Shown piece after piece: positions 1-12,262 of a stretch of DNA of 64,000 bases. Source of the DNA: the human T2T-CHM13v2.0 reference genome, Homo sapiens. The stretch's first letter is position 1, and each line of letters begins with the position of its first letter. Both the position numbers and the translations under genes were made by a program. The stretch lies in the NCBI RefSeq assembly GCF_009914755.1, contig NC_060930.1; one strand, 5' to 3'. Under the pieces are notes generated by a model, which was given only the letters and a program-made list of their open reading frames with translations, had not been told where the DNA came from and searched no databases.

Positions 1-463
1 TTTAGAGGGTTTCTTCCTGCGTTTAGGTCTGTGACCTACTTTTTTTTTTAGAACATTGACTTGGAGAAAACTTTCTATTGTAATTTTTTACTCTTCCTCT
101 TTGATATATAAATCTTCTTCCAGCTTCTTGTCAGTTTTACAATACAGAAGTGTTATCCTCAGGGACTTGGAGGTCAACCATTGAAATGTAATAATCAAGA
201 AAGATAGCTTTCCAATCTCCCAGTTTCTGTGGGAGGGTAGGAGCCTACCTTTGACAAGCAACACTTAGCAAACACAGATAACCAATCACATTGGCCAACC
301 TTCTCCCTAACATCTTCCAGTTCTTTGTGTTGCCTCACCCCAGGGCTTAAAACTCCTCCCACTTTTTTTTTTCCAGAGTTGAGTTCAATGTCCGCTCTAT
401 TGAAATAGTCCTATAAGTTTTCCTTGCCTATATAACTCTATTCAGTGAAACTTTTCTTTGACA
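1..463 (+). mobile_element. ERV1-class solo LTR, MER31-like (5' end outside window)
   Basis: Ends ...aagttttccttgcctatataactctattcagtgaaacttttctttgaca, matching the recalled MER31/MER67-group 3' end with terminal CA; related to the opposite-strand LTR at 37706-38266. Confidence 0.7.
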
Positions 464-519
464 CCCTGGAATATCTTATTGTGTGAGATGAGTCTATCTT
501 TATAAAAGAAAGCTAGTTA

Positions 520-900
520 ATAAACGAAGAATAAATGAAAGAATTAGACAACTGTCATGCTGTGACCCTCAGTGTACTAACTATTTAGCCAAGAACTATC
601 AATGGATGCTATAATCATTAGGTGAAAGGTTATAGGGGAACAGAATATATCAGCAGGGTGCCTAAGTAGTAGCATTCAGGTCACTTATTCATTGTAAGAA
701 TCAAAGTATCATTATAATAGAGAGATCTAGTTGTTACTAATTTAACTAAATGGTCTCCCTTAGTGTTGTAGTGTCACTAGTAAGAAATAACCTGACATTA
801 TGTGTCTCCTGATATGAGGTAATATAAAATATGACACATTGCCTCTGAAATTTCCTTGTCAAAAAATGTTTTCCTAAATCCTTCCAAGTCTCCAGAGTTA
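520..900 (+). mobile_element. Ancient L1 3' UTR fragment (L1MC4/5-like)
   Basis: ttataatagagagatctag...ctgacattatgtgtctcctgatatga...ccttgtcaaaaaatg resembles the L1MC 3' end; boundaries approximate. Confidence 0.5.
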
Positions 901-1484
901 AGTACCAGTTTATAGGAAGCCATTGTATTTATTTAAATAAAAATGCTTCTCTTTCAGACGGCAGATAGACTAATTAGAGGAATGAATATTTTTCTTTGGT
1001 CTTCAAGATTAGAGGATGGTAGAGGCCCAAAATAGGAGGAACCTGAAGAACCAGTTTCCACTTGGAACTGGTATAGCTTGACTGCAAAATTGTGGACTTG
1101 TTTTTATGTGAATATAGAAATGAACTTCTATCTTATAGAAGGCAGTGTATTTTAGAGTTTCTATTATATGAAATGAACACTGACATAAACAGAAAGTTTG
1201 AGAACCTGAATTATGGTTCATTTAAATCAGCAAAATTGTAACTTTCTCTGCCACATTGAACAAACCTTGCTATCTGCATTAAAGTGGCAGAGCCACTGCA
1301 AGGATGGAGTGAGTAGACAAAATCTATTTATATGTATTTAAAACAGAACAATCCAAAAGTATGTAGGTTGTATATTGACCACCTAATCAAAAAATATAAT
1401 TAGCATCATGTGAAAATAAAATATGAAAAATAAGTAGCTAAATGTCCTTGAAAACAAAATCTTAGAAATATAAAAGGAACAAAA

Positions 1485-1632
1485 AACTTAGTCCAAACTT
1501 TTCTTCCTACAAATGTGAAAACTCATTTCCAGAAGGTAGAGTGACTTCTCCAAAGTTATACAGTTCATTAGAAGTACAGTTGGACCTAAAACTCAAGCCT
1601 TCATATTCTTAAGAGTGTTCTCTTTCCACTGC
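1485..1632 (-). mobile_element. MIR SINE fragment
   Basis: Degenerate MIR core: tacaaatgtgaaaactc...agtgacttctccaaagttatacag. Confidence 0.5.
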
Positions 1633-1772
1633 CAGCTAAAACCAGGGGAAAAGTGAACACGTTCTAAGGGAGTCTAGGCCACTTTAGAAGTTTCACTGAA
1701 GTCATAGAAAAGGATCATAAGTTAAGAGAATTTCCCTGTGGGTTAGATGGTATTTAAATGGAGGTTTTAAAA

Positions 1773-1875
1773 AATCGCTTGAACCCAGGAGGCAGAGGTT
1801 GCCATGAACCCAGATCATGCCACTGCACTCCAACCTAGGTGACAGAGGGAGAATCTGTCTCAAAAAAAAAAAAAA
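1773..1875 (+). mobile_element. 5'-truncated Alu (3' part of right arm plus A tail)
   Basis: aatcgcttgaacccaggaggcagaggttgc...ccactgcactccaacctaggtgacagag...tctc(A)n. Confidence 0.95.
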
Positions 1876-2065
1876 GATAAAGAAAAATGAATTTCAACAT
1901 TTAATCAGAATGTTTTTCATCACTTATTAAAAAAGGACCAATACATTAACTGAAGATGTGGCAGCACAAAAACATGTCTTCCCGATGTTAGAATAAAGAG
2001 CTACTCTATTTTGATCAAACAGAAAATTGACAATAAATGGATACTACCTGGTTTTTAAGAACAAG

Positions 2066-3155
2066 TTGTTTTTTATTTTAAAAATTGACAGATAAAATTG
2101 TGTGTATGTACCATAATGTTTTGAAGTAGATACATTGTGGGATGACTAAATGTAGCTAACTAACATATTCATTACCTCACATAGTTATAATTGTTGTCAT
2201 AAGAGCATGTTATATCCACTCTCTTTGCAATTTTCAAGAATATGATAAATTATCAACTACAGTTAACATTATTAACAAGCATGTTGTACAATAGATCTCT
2301 TGAACTTATTTTTTAATATAACTGAACTTTTGTATCCTTTGACCAACTTCTCCGCAAACCCTCATCCCTATTAACCTTACCCCGATAACCAGTGTTTTAC
2401 TCTATTTTTGTGAGATCAACATTTTTAGATTCCACATATGAGTAAGATGATTTAGTATTTGTCTTTCTGTGCCTGACTTTTTTCACTTAACATAATGTCC
2501 TCCAGGTCCATCCATGTTTTCACAAATGACAGGATTTCATTCTTTTTTAAAATGACTGAATAGTATTCCATTGCATATATATGCCACATTTTCTTTATCC
2601 ATTAATTCACTAGTAGACACTTAGGTTGATTTCATATTTTGGCTACTGTGGACAATGCTGGAATGAACATGACAGTGCAGCTATCTCTTCAACACAATAA
2701 TTTCATTCCCTTTGGATTTGTATGCCATAGTGGGATTGCTGGATCATATGGTAGTTCTATTTTTAGATTTTTGAGGAAACTCCACACTATTTTCCATAAT
2801 GGTTGTACTAATTTACCTTCCCACCAACAGTGTGTAGGCATTCGGCAACAATTATGTTTTGTCTTTTCTTATAATATCAATTTTTACAGGTGTGAGCTGA
2901 TTTCTCATTGTGGTTTTAATTTGCATTTGCCTCATGTTTAGTGATTTTGAGCCTTTTTAAATTTGCCTTTTGGACATTTGTATGTCTTTTGAGAAATGTC
3001 CGTTATTTTCTTGCTTCTGAGTTCTTTTAGTTCCTTATGTATTTTAGATATTCACCCCTTCTCAGATGTACAGTTTGTAAATATTTTCTGTAGGTTGTCT
3101 CTTTACCTTGTTTCCTTTGCTGTGCAGGAGCTTTTTAGTATGATGTAATCCAATT
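2066..3155 (-). mobile_element. L1MA (about L1MA5-6) 3' end, 5'-truncated
   Basis: T-rich tail, then aattgacagataaaattgtg...cattacctcacatagttat and continuous L1 3' UTR/ORF2-end homology. Confidence 0.85.
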
Positions 3156-3599
3156 AGGGACAAGGAAAAATTTGATGATGCATTTCCTACCCAATGATCA
3201 CCCTATGTGCTATTTATTTTCTGGGAACAAATTTATCTGTCAAACCTTACAAACAGCCACTCGAATACCTCTAAAAATCTACCTGTCCTCCGCCCTTACC
3301 CAATTTCATGTTTATAATAAATATATTAATAAACAATGGCTTAAATGTTATGCCTATTATTTTGGAATTGTCAAAGATTTATTATTTGGGGATAAGGTTT
3401 ACTTTGGAATAGATATTTCTATAAAATCAATCACATGTACTGTGACCTGGGAACTTTCACCATTTACCAGACGTTTGTATAGCACATGGAAAGTTCTCTT
3501 CAACCATTTATCCCAGCCTTTTCCCACAATATTATGATAGTTTTCTGTAGATGTCTTTATTCTGGGCATTGATAATTATAAATTAAAATTTCATATGAA

Positions 3600-4129
3600 C
3601 AATAATGTAAGGCATTAAGACATATTCTACAATATGGAAGAATGAAATGATGTTGAAACAACAAACCAGGAACAATGAAAAAAAAAAGGTGAGCATATAA
3701 AACCATGAAAGAAAAATACCCAGGCACCAGAAACAAAGAGAGAACTCTGTTAGAGATGTGCACAAACTTTGGAGATGGATGACTTGCAGGAATATTAGAG
3801 TCATTCTTTGTAGATAGTGTCCATAGCCTAAGGAAGACAGGGACTTCAGGGAAAACAACTACTGCTGAAGATGGTGTCTAAAATATGAACCAGATGAGGC
3901 TGAATAAGCATTGGAAACATATTAAAGCCTTTGAGTTAATCATGTCACATTCAGAGAAATAAAGACATTGATTCATGAGCAAGAGCATAAATGAATAAAG
4001 TACTACATAGAAATTCTAAAATTAAAAAATGCAACCAATGAAATTAAATGGATAGGTTCAAAGTATATTTGATACATATCTGGAAGGGATTAGTTAATTG
4101 GAAGGTAAATCTAAGGAAACAGACTAGGC
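3600..4129 (+). mobile_element. Very old L1/HAL1 ORF1-like fragment
   Basis: A-rich coiled-coil-type text (gaaattctaaaattaaaaaatgcaaccaatgaaattaaa...ggattagttaattggaaggtaaatctaagga); boundaries approximate. Confidence 0.4.
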
Positions 4130-4408
4130 CAGTGCTTCTCTACATGAGGTCTGTGGACAAGTGTAATTCTATCAACTATTATCAGACTGAGAAGAGGTTA
4201 ACTATAGAAATTGATAGTAAGCATTTAGAATATTTTATAACAAGTTGACAAAATAATTTTATATTTTTAATCTAAGAACAAAAAGATTGAGGCTTGTCTT
4301 TTGTCTCATTTCATTTTTTCTAGTAACTTATGTTTCTAAAAGTTCCATCTACAGTAGATTGGAAAAAATAAAACTGGTCTTTTACCTTAAATAGTTTAAG
4401 AAGAGCTC
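4130..4408 (+). mobile_element. MER5C hAT-Charlie MITE
   Basis: cagtgcttctc...gaaattgatagtaagcatttagaa...aaaactggtcttttaccttaaatagtttaagaag; degenerate 8-bp flanks gactaggc/aactaaac. Confidence 0.7.
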
Positions 4409-4815
4409 AACTAAACTATAAGAGATAGAGATAAAGGGGCGGAAGTAATAAAAGAGAAATTTTGGAGGCATAGGGAATTAACAATCGATTAGGCCTTGAA
4501 TTGGTGATACCCAAGGGACTCATATAATGCCGTTGTAGTAAATGTATCTTCCATATCAGGTGAGGGGGTTATTTTTAATTTTTTGCACCATAATTCATAT
4601 AAATTAGAATCATTCCAAGGAAAACAGCATGTATGATCACTCTTCTAATGCTCTATTATGATAGTGATATGTTCTAAATGAACAAACAGATAATTACCTT
4701 AATACAGAAGGAAAGTGGGAGAAAATTATTTTACACAGTGTAGCCCAAAGCAGCTTCTCTTTTTCCTTTTTCATTCCATTGTCATCTAATTCTAGTGACT
4801 TTTACTCAACATCTT

Positions 4816-5116
4816 ATTTATTTATTTATTTTTTTGAGACGGAGTCTCGCTCTGTCGCCCAGGCTGGAGTGCAGTGGTGCGATCTCGGCTCACTGCAAGC
4901 TCCGCTTCCCGGGTTCATGCTATTCTCCTGCCTCAGCCTCCTGAGAAGCTGGGACTACAGGCACCTGCCACCACGCCTGGCTAATTTTTTGTGTTTTTAG
5001 TAGAGGCGGGGTTTCACCATGTTAGCCAGGATGGTCTCAATTTCCCAACCTCGTGATTCGCCCACCTTGGCCTCCCAAAGTGCTGGGATTAGAGGCGTGA
5101 GCCACCGTGCCCAGCC
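4816..5116 (-). mobile_element. AluY, full length
   Basis: Y diagnostics (gcaagctccgc, ttagccaggatggtctc, cctcgtgat); TSD tcaacatctt at 4806-4815 and 5117-5126. Confidence 0.93.
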
Positions 5117-5614
5117 TCAACATCTTTTATAAAACAACATTTCTGGCATATTTAAAATTGAGGTTAAAAAAGTATTGTATTATTGCAAAAATATCACCCT
5201 AAAAATGCTGCCTTATATACATATAGTTTTGCAATTTACAGTTTCCTAATGGTTTTAAATTACATTAACTCCTTAATGCTAAACGTGTAACTTTGAATAA
5301 TTTTGTAGTATTTCCTTTAAGCTATTAAGAGCTCTATGGACAAAACAATCAGCCAATTCTAGCTTAATGGAATTTTCCATTTTAGTTTTCCTTTGCTCAT
5401 AAGAGGGACAAAACAATTTATTTCAGATGTATTTAGAGCTATATTCAACCATTCTTATTCTGTTGTTACTGAGAAAAAATAGTGAGTATTCCAATAGAGA
5501 TGAGAATTGGAGCCTCATAAAAGACAATAATCATCAAATGTATCCAGTGTGTTCCTTCTCTGCACTTGGTGTCCACACTACTGACCACAAAATGGCACAA
5601 AGATGGCGGGTTTT

Positions 5615-6625
5615 GATTCAGGTTCCAAGATGGCCAAATAGGAACAGCTCCAGTCTACAGCTCCCAGCGTGAGCGACATAGAAGATGGATGATTTCTGCA
5701 TTTCCAACTGAGGTACTGGGTTCATCTTGCTGGGGACTGTTGGACAGTGGGTGCATCACACCGACCATGAGCCAAAGGAGGGCGAGGCATCGCCTCACCT
5801 GGGAAGCACAAGGGGTCAGGGAATTCCCTTTTCTAGCCAAGGAAAGGGGTGACAGATGGCACCTGGAAAATCGGGTCATTCCCACCCTAATATTGCGCTT
5901 TTCTGACGGTCTTAGCAAATGGCACACCAAGAGATTATATCCCGTGCCTGGCTCTGAGGGTCCTACACCCACAGAGCCTAGCTCATTGCTAACACAGCAG
6001 TCTGAGATCAAACTGCAAGGCAGCAGTGAGGCTGGGGGAGGGGCGCCCGCCATGGCCCAGGCTTGAGTAGGTAAACAAAGTGGCCCAGAAGCTGGAACTG
6101 GGTGGAGCCCACCACAGCTCAAGGAGGCCTGCCTGCCTCTGTAGACTTCACCTCTGGGGCAGGGCATGGCCGAACAAAAGGCAGCAGAAACCTCTGTAGA
6201 CTTAAATGTCCCTGTCTGACAGCTTTGAAGTGAGTAGTGGTTCTCCCAACATGGAGTTTGAGATCTGAGAACTGAGAGTCTGCCCCCTCAAGTGGGTCCC
6301 TGACCCCCAAGTAGCCTAACTGGGAGGCACCCCCAAGTAGGGGCAGACTGACACCTCACACGGCTGCGTACCCCTCTGAGACAAAACTTCCAGAGGAACG
6401 ATCGGGCAGCAACATTTGCTGTTCACCAATATCCGCTGTTCTGCATCCTCCACTGCTGATACCCAGGCAAACGGTCTGGAGTGGACCTCCAGCAAACTCC
6501 AACAGACCTGCAGCTGAGGGTCCTGACTGTTAGAAGGAAAACTAACAAACAGAAAGGACATCCACGCCAAAACCCCATCTGTACGTCACCATCATCAAAG
6601 ACCAAAGGTATATAAAACTACAAAG
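5615..6625 (+). promoter_or_regulatory. L1 5' UTR internal sense/antisense promoter with YY1 site (caagatggcc, ~5626-5635)
   Basis: Full-length L1PA 5' UTR. Promoter function is established for the family; activity of this copy is unknown. Confidence 0.55.
5655..6053 (-). CDS. L1 antisense ORF0 homolog, open for 132 aa
   Basis: MAGAPPPASLLPCSLISDCC...SEKRNIRVGMTRFSRC matches primate L1 ORF0; ATG in gccATGg context. Translation not demonstrated. Confidence 0.5.
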   Translation of the reverse strand: MAGAPPPASLLPCSLISDCCVSNELGSVGVGPSEPGTGYNLLVCHLLRPSEKRNIRVGMTRFSRCHLSPLSLARKGNSLTPCASQVRRCLALLWLMVGVMHPLSNSPQQDEPSTSVGNAEIIHLLCRSRWEL

Positions 6626-7638
6626 ATGGAGAAAAAACAGAGTAGAAAAGCTGAAAATTCTAAAAAAGCAGAGCACGTCTCTCTTCCAAAGGAACGCAGC
6701 TCCTCACCAGCAACGGAACAAAGCTGGACAGAGAATGACTTTGACGAGTTGAGAGAGGAAGGCTTCAGATGATCAAACTTCTCCGAGCTAAAGAAGGAAG
6801 TTCGAACCCATGGCAAAGAAGTTAAAAACCTTGAAAAAAGATTAGACAAATGGCTAACTAGAATAACCAATGCAGAGAAGTCCTTAAAGGACCTGATGGA
6901 GCTGAAAACCACTGCATGAGAACTACATGATGAATGCACAAGCCTCAGTAGCTGATCTGATCAACTGGAAGAAAGGGTATCAGTGATGGAAGATCAAATG
7001 AATGAAATGAAGTGAGAAGAGAAGTTTAGAGAAAAAAGAATAAAAAGAAACAAAGCCTGCAAGAAATATGGGACTATGTGAAAAGACCAAATCTATGTCT
7101 GATTGGCGTACCTGAAAGTGACGGGGAGAATGGAACCAAGTTGGAAAACACTCTGCAGGACATTATCCAGGAGAACTTCCCTAATCTAGCAAGGCAGGCC
7201 AACATTCAAATGCAGGAAATACAGAGAATGCCACAAAGATACTCCTCGAGAAGAGCAACTCCAAGACACATAATTGTCAGATTCACCAAAGTTGAAATGA
7301 AGGAAACAATGTTAAGGGCAGCCAGAGAGAAAGGTCGGGTTACCCACAAAGGGAAGCCCATCAGACTAACAGTGGATCTCTCTGCAGAAACTCTACAGGC
7401 CAGAAGAGAGTGGGGGCCAATATTCAACATTCTTAAAGAAAAGAATTTTCAACCCAGAATTTCATATCCAGCCAAACTAAGCTTCATAAGTGAAGGAGAA
7501 ATAAAATACTTTACAGACAAGCAAATGCTGAGAGATTTTGTCACCACCAGGCCTGCCCTAAAAGAGCTGCTGAAGGAAGCACTAAACATGGAAAGGAACA
7601 ACTGCTACCAGCCACTGCAAAAACATGCCAAATTGTAA
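6626..7638 (+). pseudogene. L1 ORF1 (RNA-binding protein), inactivated
   Basis: ATG at 6626, in-frame TGA at 6770 and 6917, small deletion near 7050; C-terminal 186 codons (7078-7638) still open and clearly ORF1p. Confidence 0.9.
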
Positions 7639-7701
7639 AGACCATCAAGGCTAGGAAGAAACTGAATCAACTAATGAGCAAAATAACCAGCTAACATCAT
7701 A

Positions 7702-7944
7702 ATGGCAGGATCAAATTCACACATAACAATATTAACCTTAAATGTAAATGGGCTAAATGCTCCAATTAAAAGACACAGACTGGCAAATTGGATAAAGAGT
7801 CAAGACCCATCAGTGTGCTGTATTCAGGAAACCCATCTCACATGCAGAGACACACATAGGCTCAAAATAAAGGAATGGAGGAAGATCCACCAAGCAAATG
7901 GAAAACCTAAAAAGGCAGGGGTTGCAATCCTAGTCTCTGATAAA
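7702..7944 (+). pseudogene. L1 ORF2 N-terminal endonuclease fragment
   Basis: MAGSNSHITILTLNVNGLNAPIKRHRLANWIKSQDPSVCCIQETHL...AGVAILVSDK, then runs into flanking DNA. Confidence 0.92.
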
Positions 7945-8186
7945 GATGGTGGGTTTTAAATCTAGGAAACATTACCAGGGACAAAGGTTAGACATGGTTC
8001 TTTATTAGTCTTTGTTCACTTTGTTTTTCACATTATCTCGTTTTATTTGCCTGTAAGTGCATGAGGAGATATCCTCGGAATGTAGGGTTATGCATATATA
8101 TCTTATATGCTTTTGTATGTATTGTGCTACAAGAGGCAACCTTAAGAATCAAATTAATGTTATTTAAAAAAAAAAAAAAAAAAACC

Positions 8187-8465
<279 letters not shown>

Positions 8466-8764
8466 CTAACCATTTATGTGAAACCTTTCTACTAAAGTAG
8501 CAAAGCCAAGTTTTTGCTGACTGAAAAAGAGTAGCATTGCTTGGTTAAATAAACATGATATATAGACTATGAAGGCAATAGAAGAAAATTTAAAAAGTGT
8601 ACATTTTGATAAAATGGCACAAAATTTTTAAACTTTTTAGAAAAAACTTTTACAAGTTTTAACTGTTTAATTTTTTTAAATAATTAATTTAAAATTCTCT
8701 TCATATACACACCAAAATTCCTTACATGATAATTCCTTAATATTTTTAAATCCAATAGGAGCTC

Positions 8765-8990
8765 AAGGTTTGGAATTGGAGAGACCTCGGTTTGAGTCTG
8801 TGCAAGTTCTCTCTCTAAACCTCAGTGTCATCAGTCAAATAATAATAAAAAATAAAAGCACCAGTCTTATGGGATTGTGATTAGGATTATGTTTATAAAT
8901 TGATTGCAGAGTGATAAACATAGAGCCTACCACATCAACAGAATTGAATGAATGCTAATGCATTATTATTTTTACATTATTACTACTATT
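8765..8990 (+). mobile_element. MIR SINE
   Basis: tttggaattggagagacctcggtttgagtc...ctctctaaacctcagtgtcatc...atgggattgtgattaggatta. Confidence 0.55.
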
Positions 8991-10230
8991 GTTGTTACAT
9001 GTATATTATAAAGTCACATATTCCAAGAGGTTGTTGATAGTGCGGAAAGTCATGGTGCTAGGATCCTCAGACATGATTGGCAAGAACTGTGTCAGCAGTC
9101 TTATTTCTGTTTTTCCTTTTTCTGTTTTTTTTTTTTAAGAGTTGATAACATGCTATGAAAACGTGTTTCCTTTCTTTTTTTTAATACTCTTATGATACTT
9201 TTACATGTACAGTCTTAAGAGGTAAATCTAAGAATACTTATTTAGAGATGCATTATGTGCTGTGTTCTTTCAGTGATGGAACTGTTTTATCAAAGAAAGG
9301 ACTTTGTGAGCAAGAGTTGAGAATATGTTATTACAACATGTTTCTTTTCTTTTTGCATTAGTCCTTATTATGATAGAATGACATATACAGTGTTTTTTCT
9401 AACATTTAATGACTACAGATAATGCACTTAATGTTATGTGTCTGTCATCCTTGTTCAAAAATTTATTTTTACTTTTATTCTATTGACTATATAATGCCTT
9501 TGTAGTAAATGTCATGGTCTACTTTATTCTCTGATTAAGAAATAGATGAGTGTTCCATATTTTATTTCTATATATTATGTTTAGAACATTTGGAAATGTC
9601 AGAGTCAAGAAATTTGTCAAGTGGCACCAATGTGAAGGAAATCAACTTGCCAAAATAAAGTGATTTGGTTTCTGCTTGTTTTTCTCTCAGGCCTCAGAAG
9701 TTTTCAAATACTTTAGGAAAGAATCTTTAGGTAAAAGATACTATATTAGTGTTGAATTTTAGAAATGTGACACTGTGGAGTTAAATGTGAATATTAACTT
9801 TTATTGGTAGTAATCAGAACAAATAATGATGTTTTGGCAATGGGAATATTCAATGTAAGTAAGAAAATAAGGAAAAATTATAGTTTAATAAAGTCTTTTT
9901 GGAATAGTGCAGTTTGCCATGTTACATCTTTTCTATTATTAGTGAGAATGTGACAATTTAAAAATGTTTATACTAGCTCAATCCTAAATCTCTCTTGAGG
10001 TAGAATGGCCAATTTTGACAAAATGTGCTTAGTTACATGACGACTTGCCACCAGAGATTGAGCTAAATTGGATTTGTTCTTGGAAACCAGAGCCAGTGCC
10101 TTGGTAAGGCAAACTGCTTTCCACATTTTTGGAGGACTGCAATGGATTTATTTTTTTCCTGTATTTTATAGAATATGTTTTCTATAAATGTCTCCTGATA
10201 TCTACCTCTTGAGATCAATAAGGCATATGA

Positions 10231-11171
10231 TTTTAATATAGTCCCATTTGTCTATCTTTGTTTTAGTTACCTGTGCTTTTGGGGTCTCAGCCACCAATTC
10301 TTTGCCTAGATCAATGTCCTAGAGTGTTTCCCCTATGTTTTTTCCAGTAGTTTTATAGCTTCAGGTCTTCTGATTAAGTCTTTCATTCATTTTGAGTTGA
10401 TTTTGTGCATAGTGAGAGAGATAGGGATCTAGTTTCATTCTTCTGCATGTGGTTATCCAGTTTTCCCAGTACCATTTAATGAAGAGGCTGTCCTCTCCCC
10501 AATGTATGTTCTTGGCACCTCTGTCAGAAATCAGCTGTAAACATGTAGATTTATTTCTGGGTTCTCTATTGTGTTCTATTTGTCTATGTGTTTATTTTTA
10601 CACTAATACCATGCTCTTTTGGTTACAATAGCCTTGGAATATATTTTGAAGTCAGGTAGTGTATTGCTCCCAGCTTTGTTCTTTTTGCTCAGGATTGCTT
10701 TGACTTTCTTTTACTTTTTCTTTCTATATAAATTTTAGGATTTTTTTTCTATTTCTATGAAATATGCAATTGGTATTTTGATAGGAATTGCATTGCATCT
10801 AAATCATTTTGGGTAGTATAAAGCTCATTTTAACAATATTCTTCCAATTTTTGGGAATTGGATGTCTTTCCATTTGTTTGTGTCCTCTTCAGTTTCTTTC
10901 ATCAGTGTTTAGTGGTTTGCTTTCCTGGTAGAGGTCTTTCACCTCCTTGGTTAAATTTATTCCTAGGTATTTTTTTTGTAGCTATTGTAAATGGAATTGT
11001 CTTCTTGATTTTTTTCCAGGTAGTTCATTACTGATGTATAGAAACACTACTGATTTTTGTATGTTGATTTTGTATTTTGCAAATTTATGGATATTATTGA
11101 TCAAATCTAGGAGTTTTTTGGTAGAGCCTTATTTTTTCTAGATATGATTATATCATCAGCAAAGAGAGATA
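10231..11171 (-). mobile_element. L1MA (about L1MA3) ORF2 segment, inverted 5' part
   Basis: Antisense L1 ORF2 from the DKWDYIK region back to the RT FADD motif (tatcatcagcaaagagag). Confidence 0.85.
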
Positions 11172-12004
11172 CAAAAAAAGAAAAATATTCATTAAAAAGT
11201 GGAAAAAAACATGAGCAGACATTTCTCAAAAGAAGACAAGTGGGCAACAGGTATAGTAAAAAAAATGCTCAACATACTAATCACCAGAAAAAATGCAAAT
11301 CAAAACCACAATGAGATATCATCTTACCTCAGTTAGAATGGCTACTATCGAAAAGACAAAAAGTAACAAATGCTTGTGAGGATATGGAGAAAAGCACACT
11401 CTTATACACTGTTGGTAGAATGTAAATTAGTACAGCTATTATGGAAAACACTTTGGAGATTTTTCAACAAACAAAAAAATAGAACCATCATATGATCATC
11501 AGTCCCAATTCTGGGTATTTATCCAAAGGAAAGAAAGTCAGTATGTCGAAGAGATATTTACACTGTCATGTTCATTGAAACATTCTTGACAATAGCCAAG
11601 GTATGGAATCAACTGAAGTATCTGTAATCAATGAAAGGGGAAAGAAAATGTAGTATATATACACAATGGAATACTATTTAGCCATAAAAAGTGATGAATC
11701 ACGTCTGTTGCAGCAACAGGGATGGAACTGGAGGTCATTATTTTAAGTTAAATAAGGTATAGAAAGACAAATTTTGCATGGTCTCATTCATATGTGGGAA
11801 TGAAAAAAAAAGTTGATTTCCTGGAAGTAGAGAATAGAATGATAATTACAGGAGGCTGGGAAGGGTGTGGGGGTGTGTGTGTGTGTAGGTGTGGAGCGGG
11901 AATGAAGAGAGGTTGGTTAATGGCTACAAACATAAAATTAGAAGGAATAAGTTCTAATGTTCAATAGCAGAGTAGGGTGACTATAGTTAACAACAGTGTG
12001 TTGT
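11172..12004 (+). mobile_element. L1MA (about L1MA3) ORF2 end and 3' UTR, sense part
   Basis: cattaaaaagtgg...catttctcaaaagaagac...gaaggaataagttctaatgttcaatagcagagtagggtgactatagttaacaac. Confidence 0.85.
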
Positions 12005-12171
12005 TAAGAAAAAGGTTGGGGAGAAAATAGGAAATCAAAATACGGATATACATTTCTGTATTTGCAACAAAATTTTAGATGAAGAGAAGAATGGGATCAT
12101 TCTGGGATAGCAGCCTAGTGCCCATACATTACATAACATTTTCTGTTACAGCAAACTATCTCTTGTAAGGA

Positions 12172-12262
12172 CGGAGAGGGAGGGAAGGAGGGAGGAAGGG
12201 AGAGAGGGACACAGAGAGAGACAGAGAGAAAGAGAAAGAAAGAGAGAGAGAAAGAAAGAAAA
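12172..12262. repeat. GA-rich simple repeat (GGAA/GA/GAAA)
   Basis: Directly visible purine run. Confidence 0.9.

Larger units (their letters stand above)
5615..7944 (+). mobile_element. L1PA (about PA4-6): complete 5' UTR, disrupted ORF1, first ~80 codons of ORF2; 3'-truncated, no tail
   Basis: Starts ggttccaagatggccaaataggaacagctcc; ORF1p and ORF2p endonuclease peptides appear in the ORF track; flanked by aaagatggYgggtttt at 5599-5614 and 7942-7957. Confidence 0.95.

Noticed and set aside
7078-7638. 186-aa ORF as a functional gene
   Set aside because: It is the C-terminal half of L1 ORF1p starting at a GTG downstream of stops and a frameshift.
9670-9736. Possible 40-nt exon (tttttctctcag|gcc...tttag|gtaaaa)
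   Set aside because: Splice-like motifs are common in AT-rich DNA; there is no recognisable product or partner exon. Needs RNA-seq.
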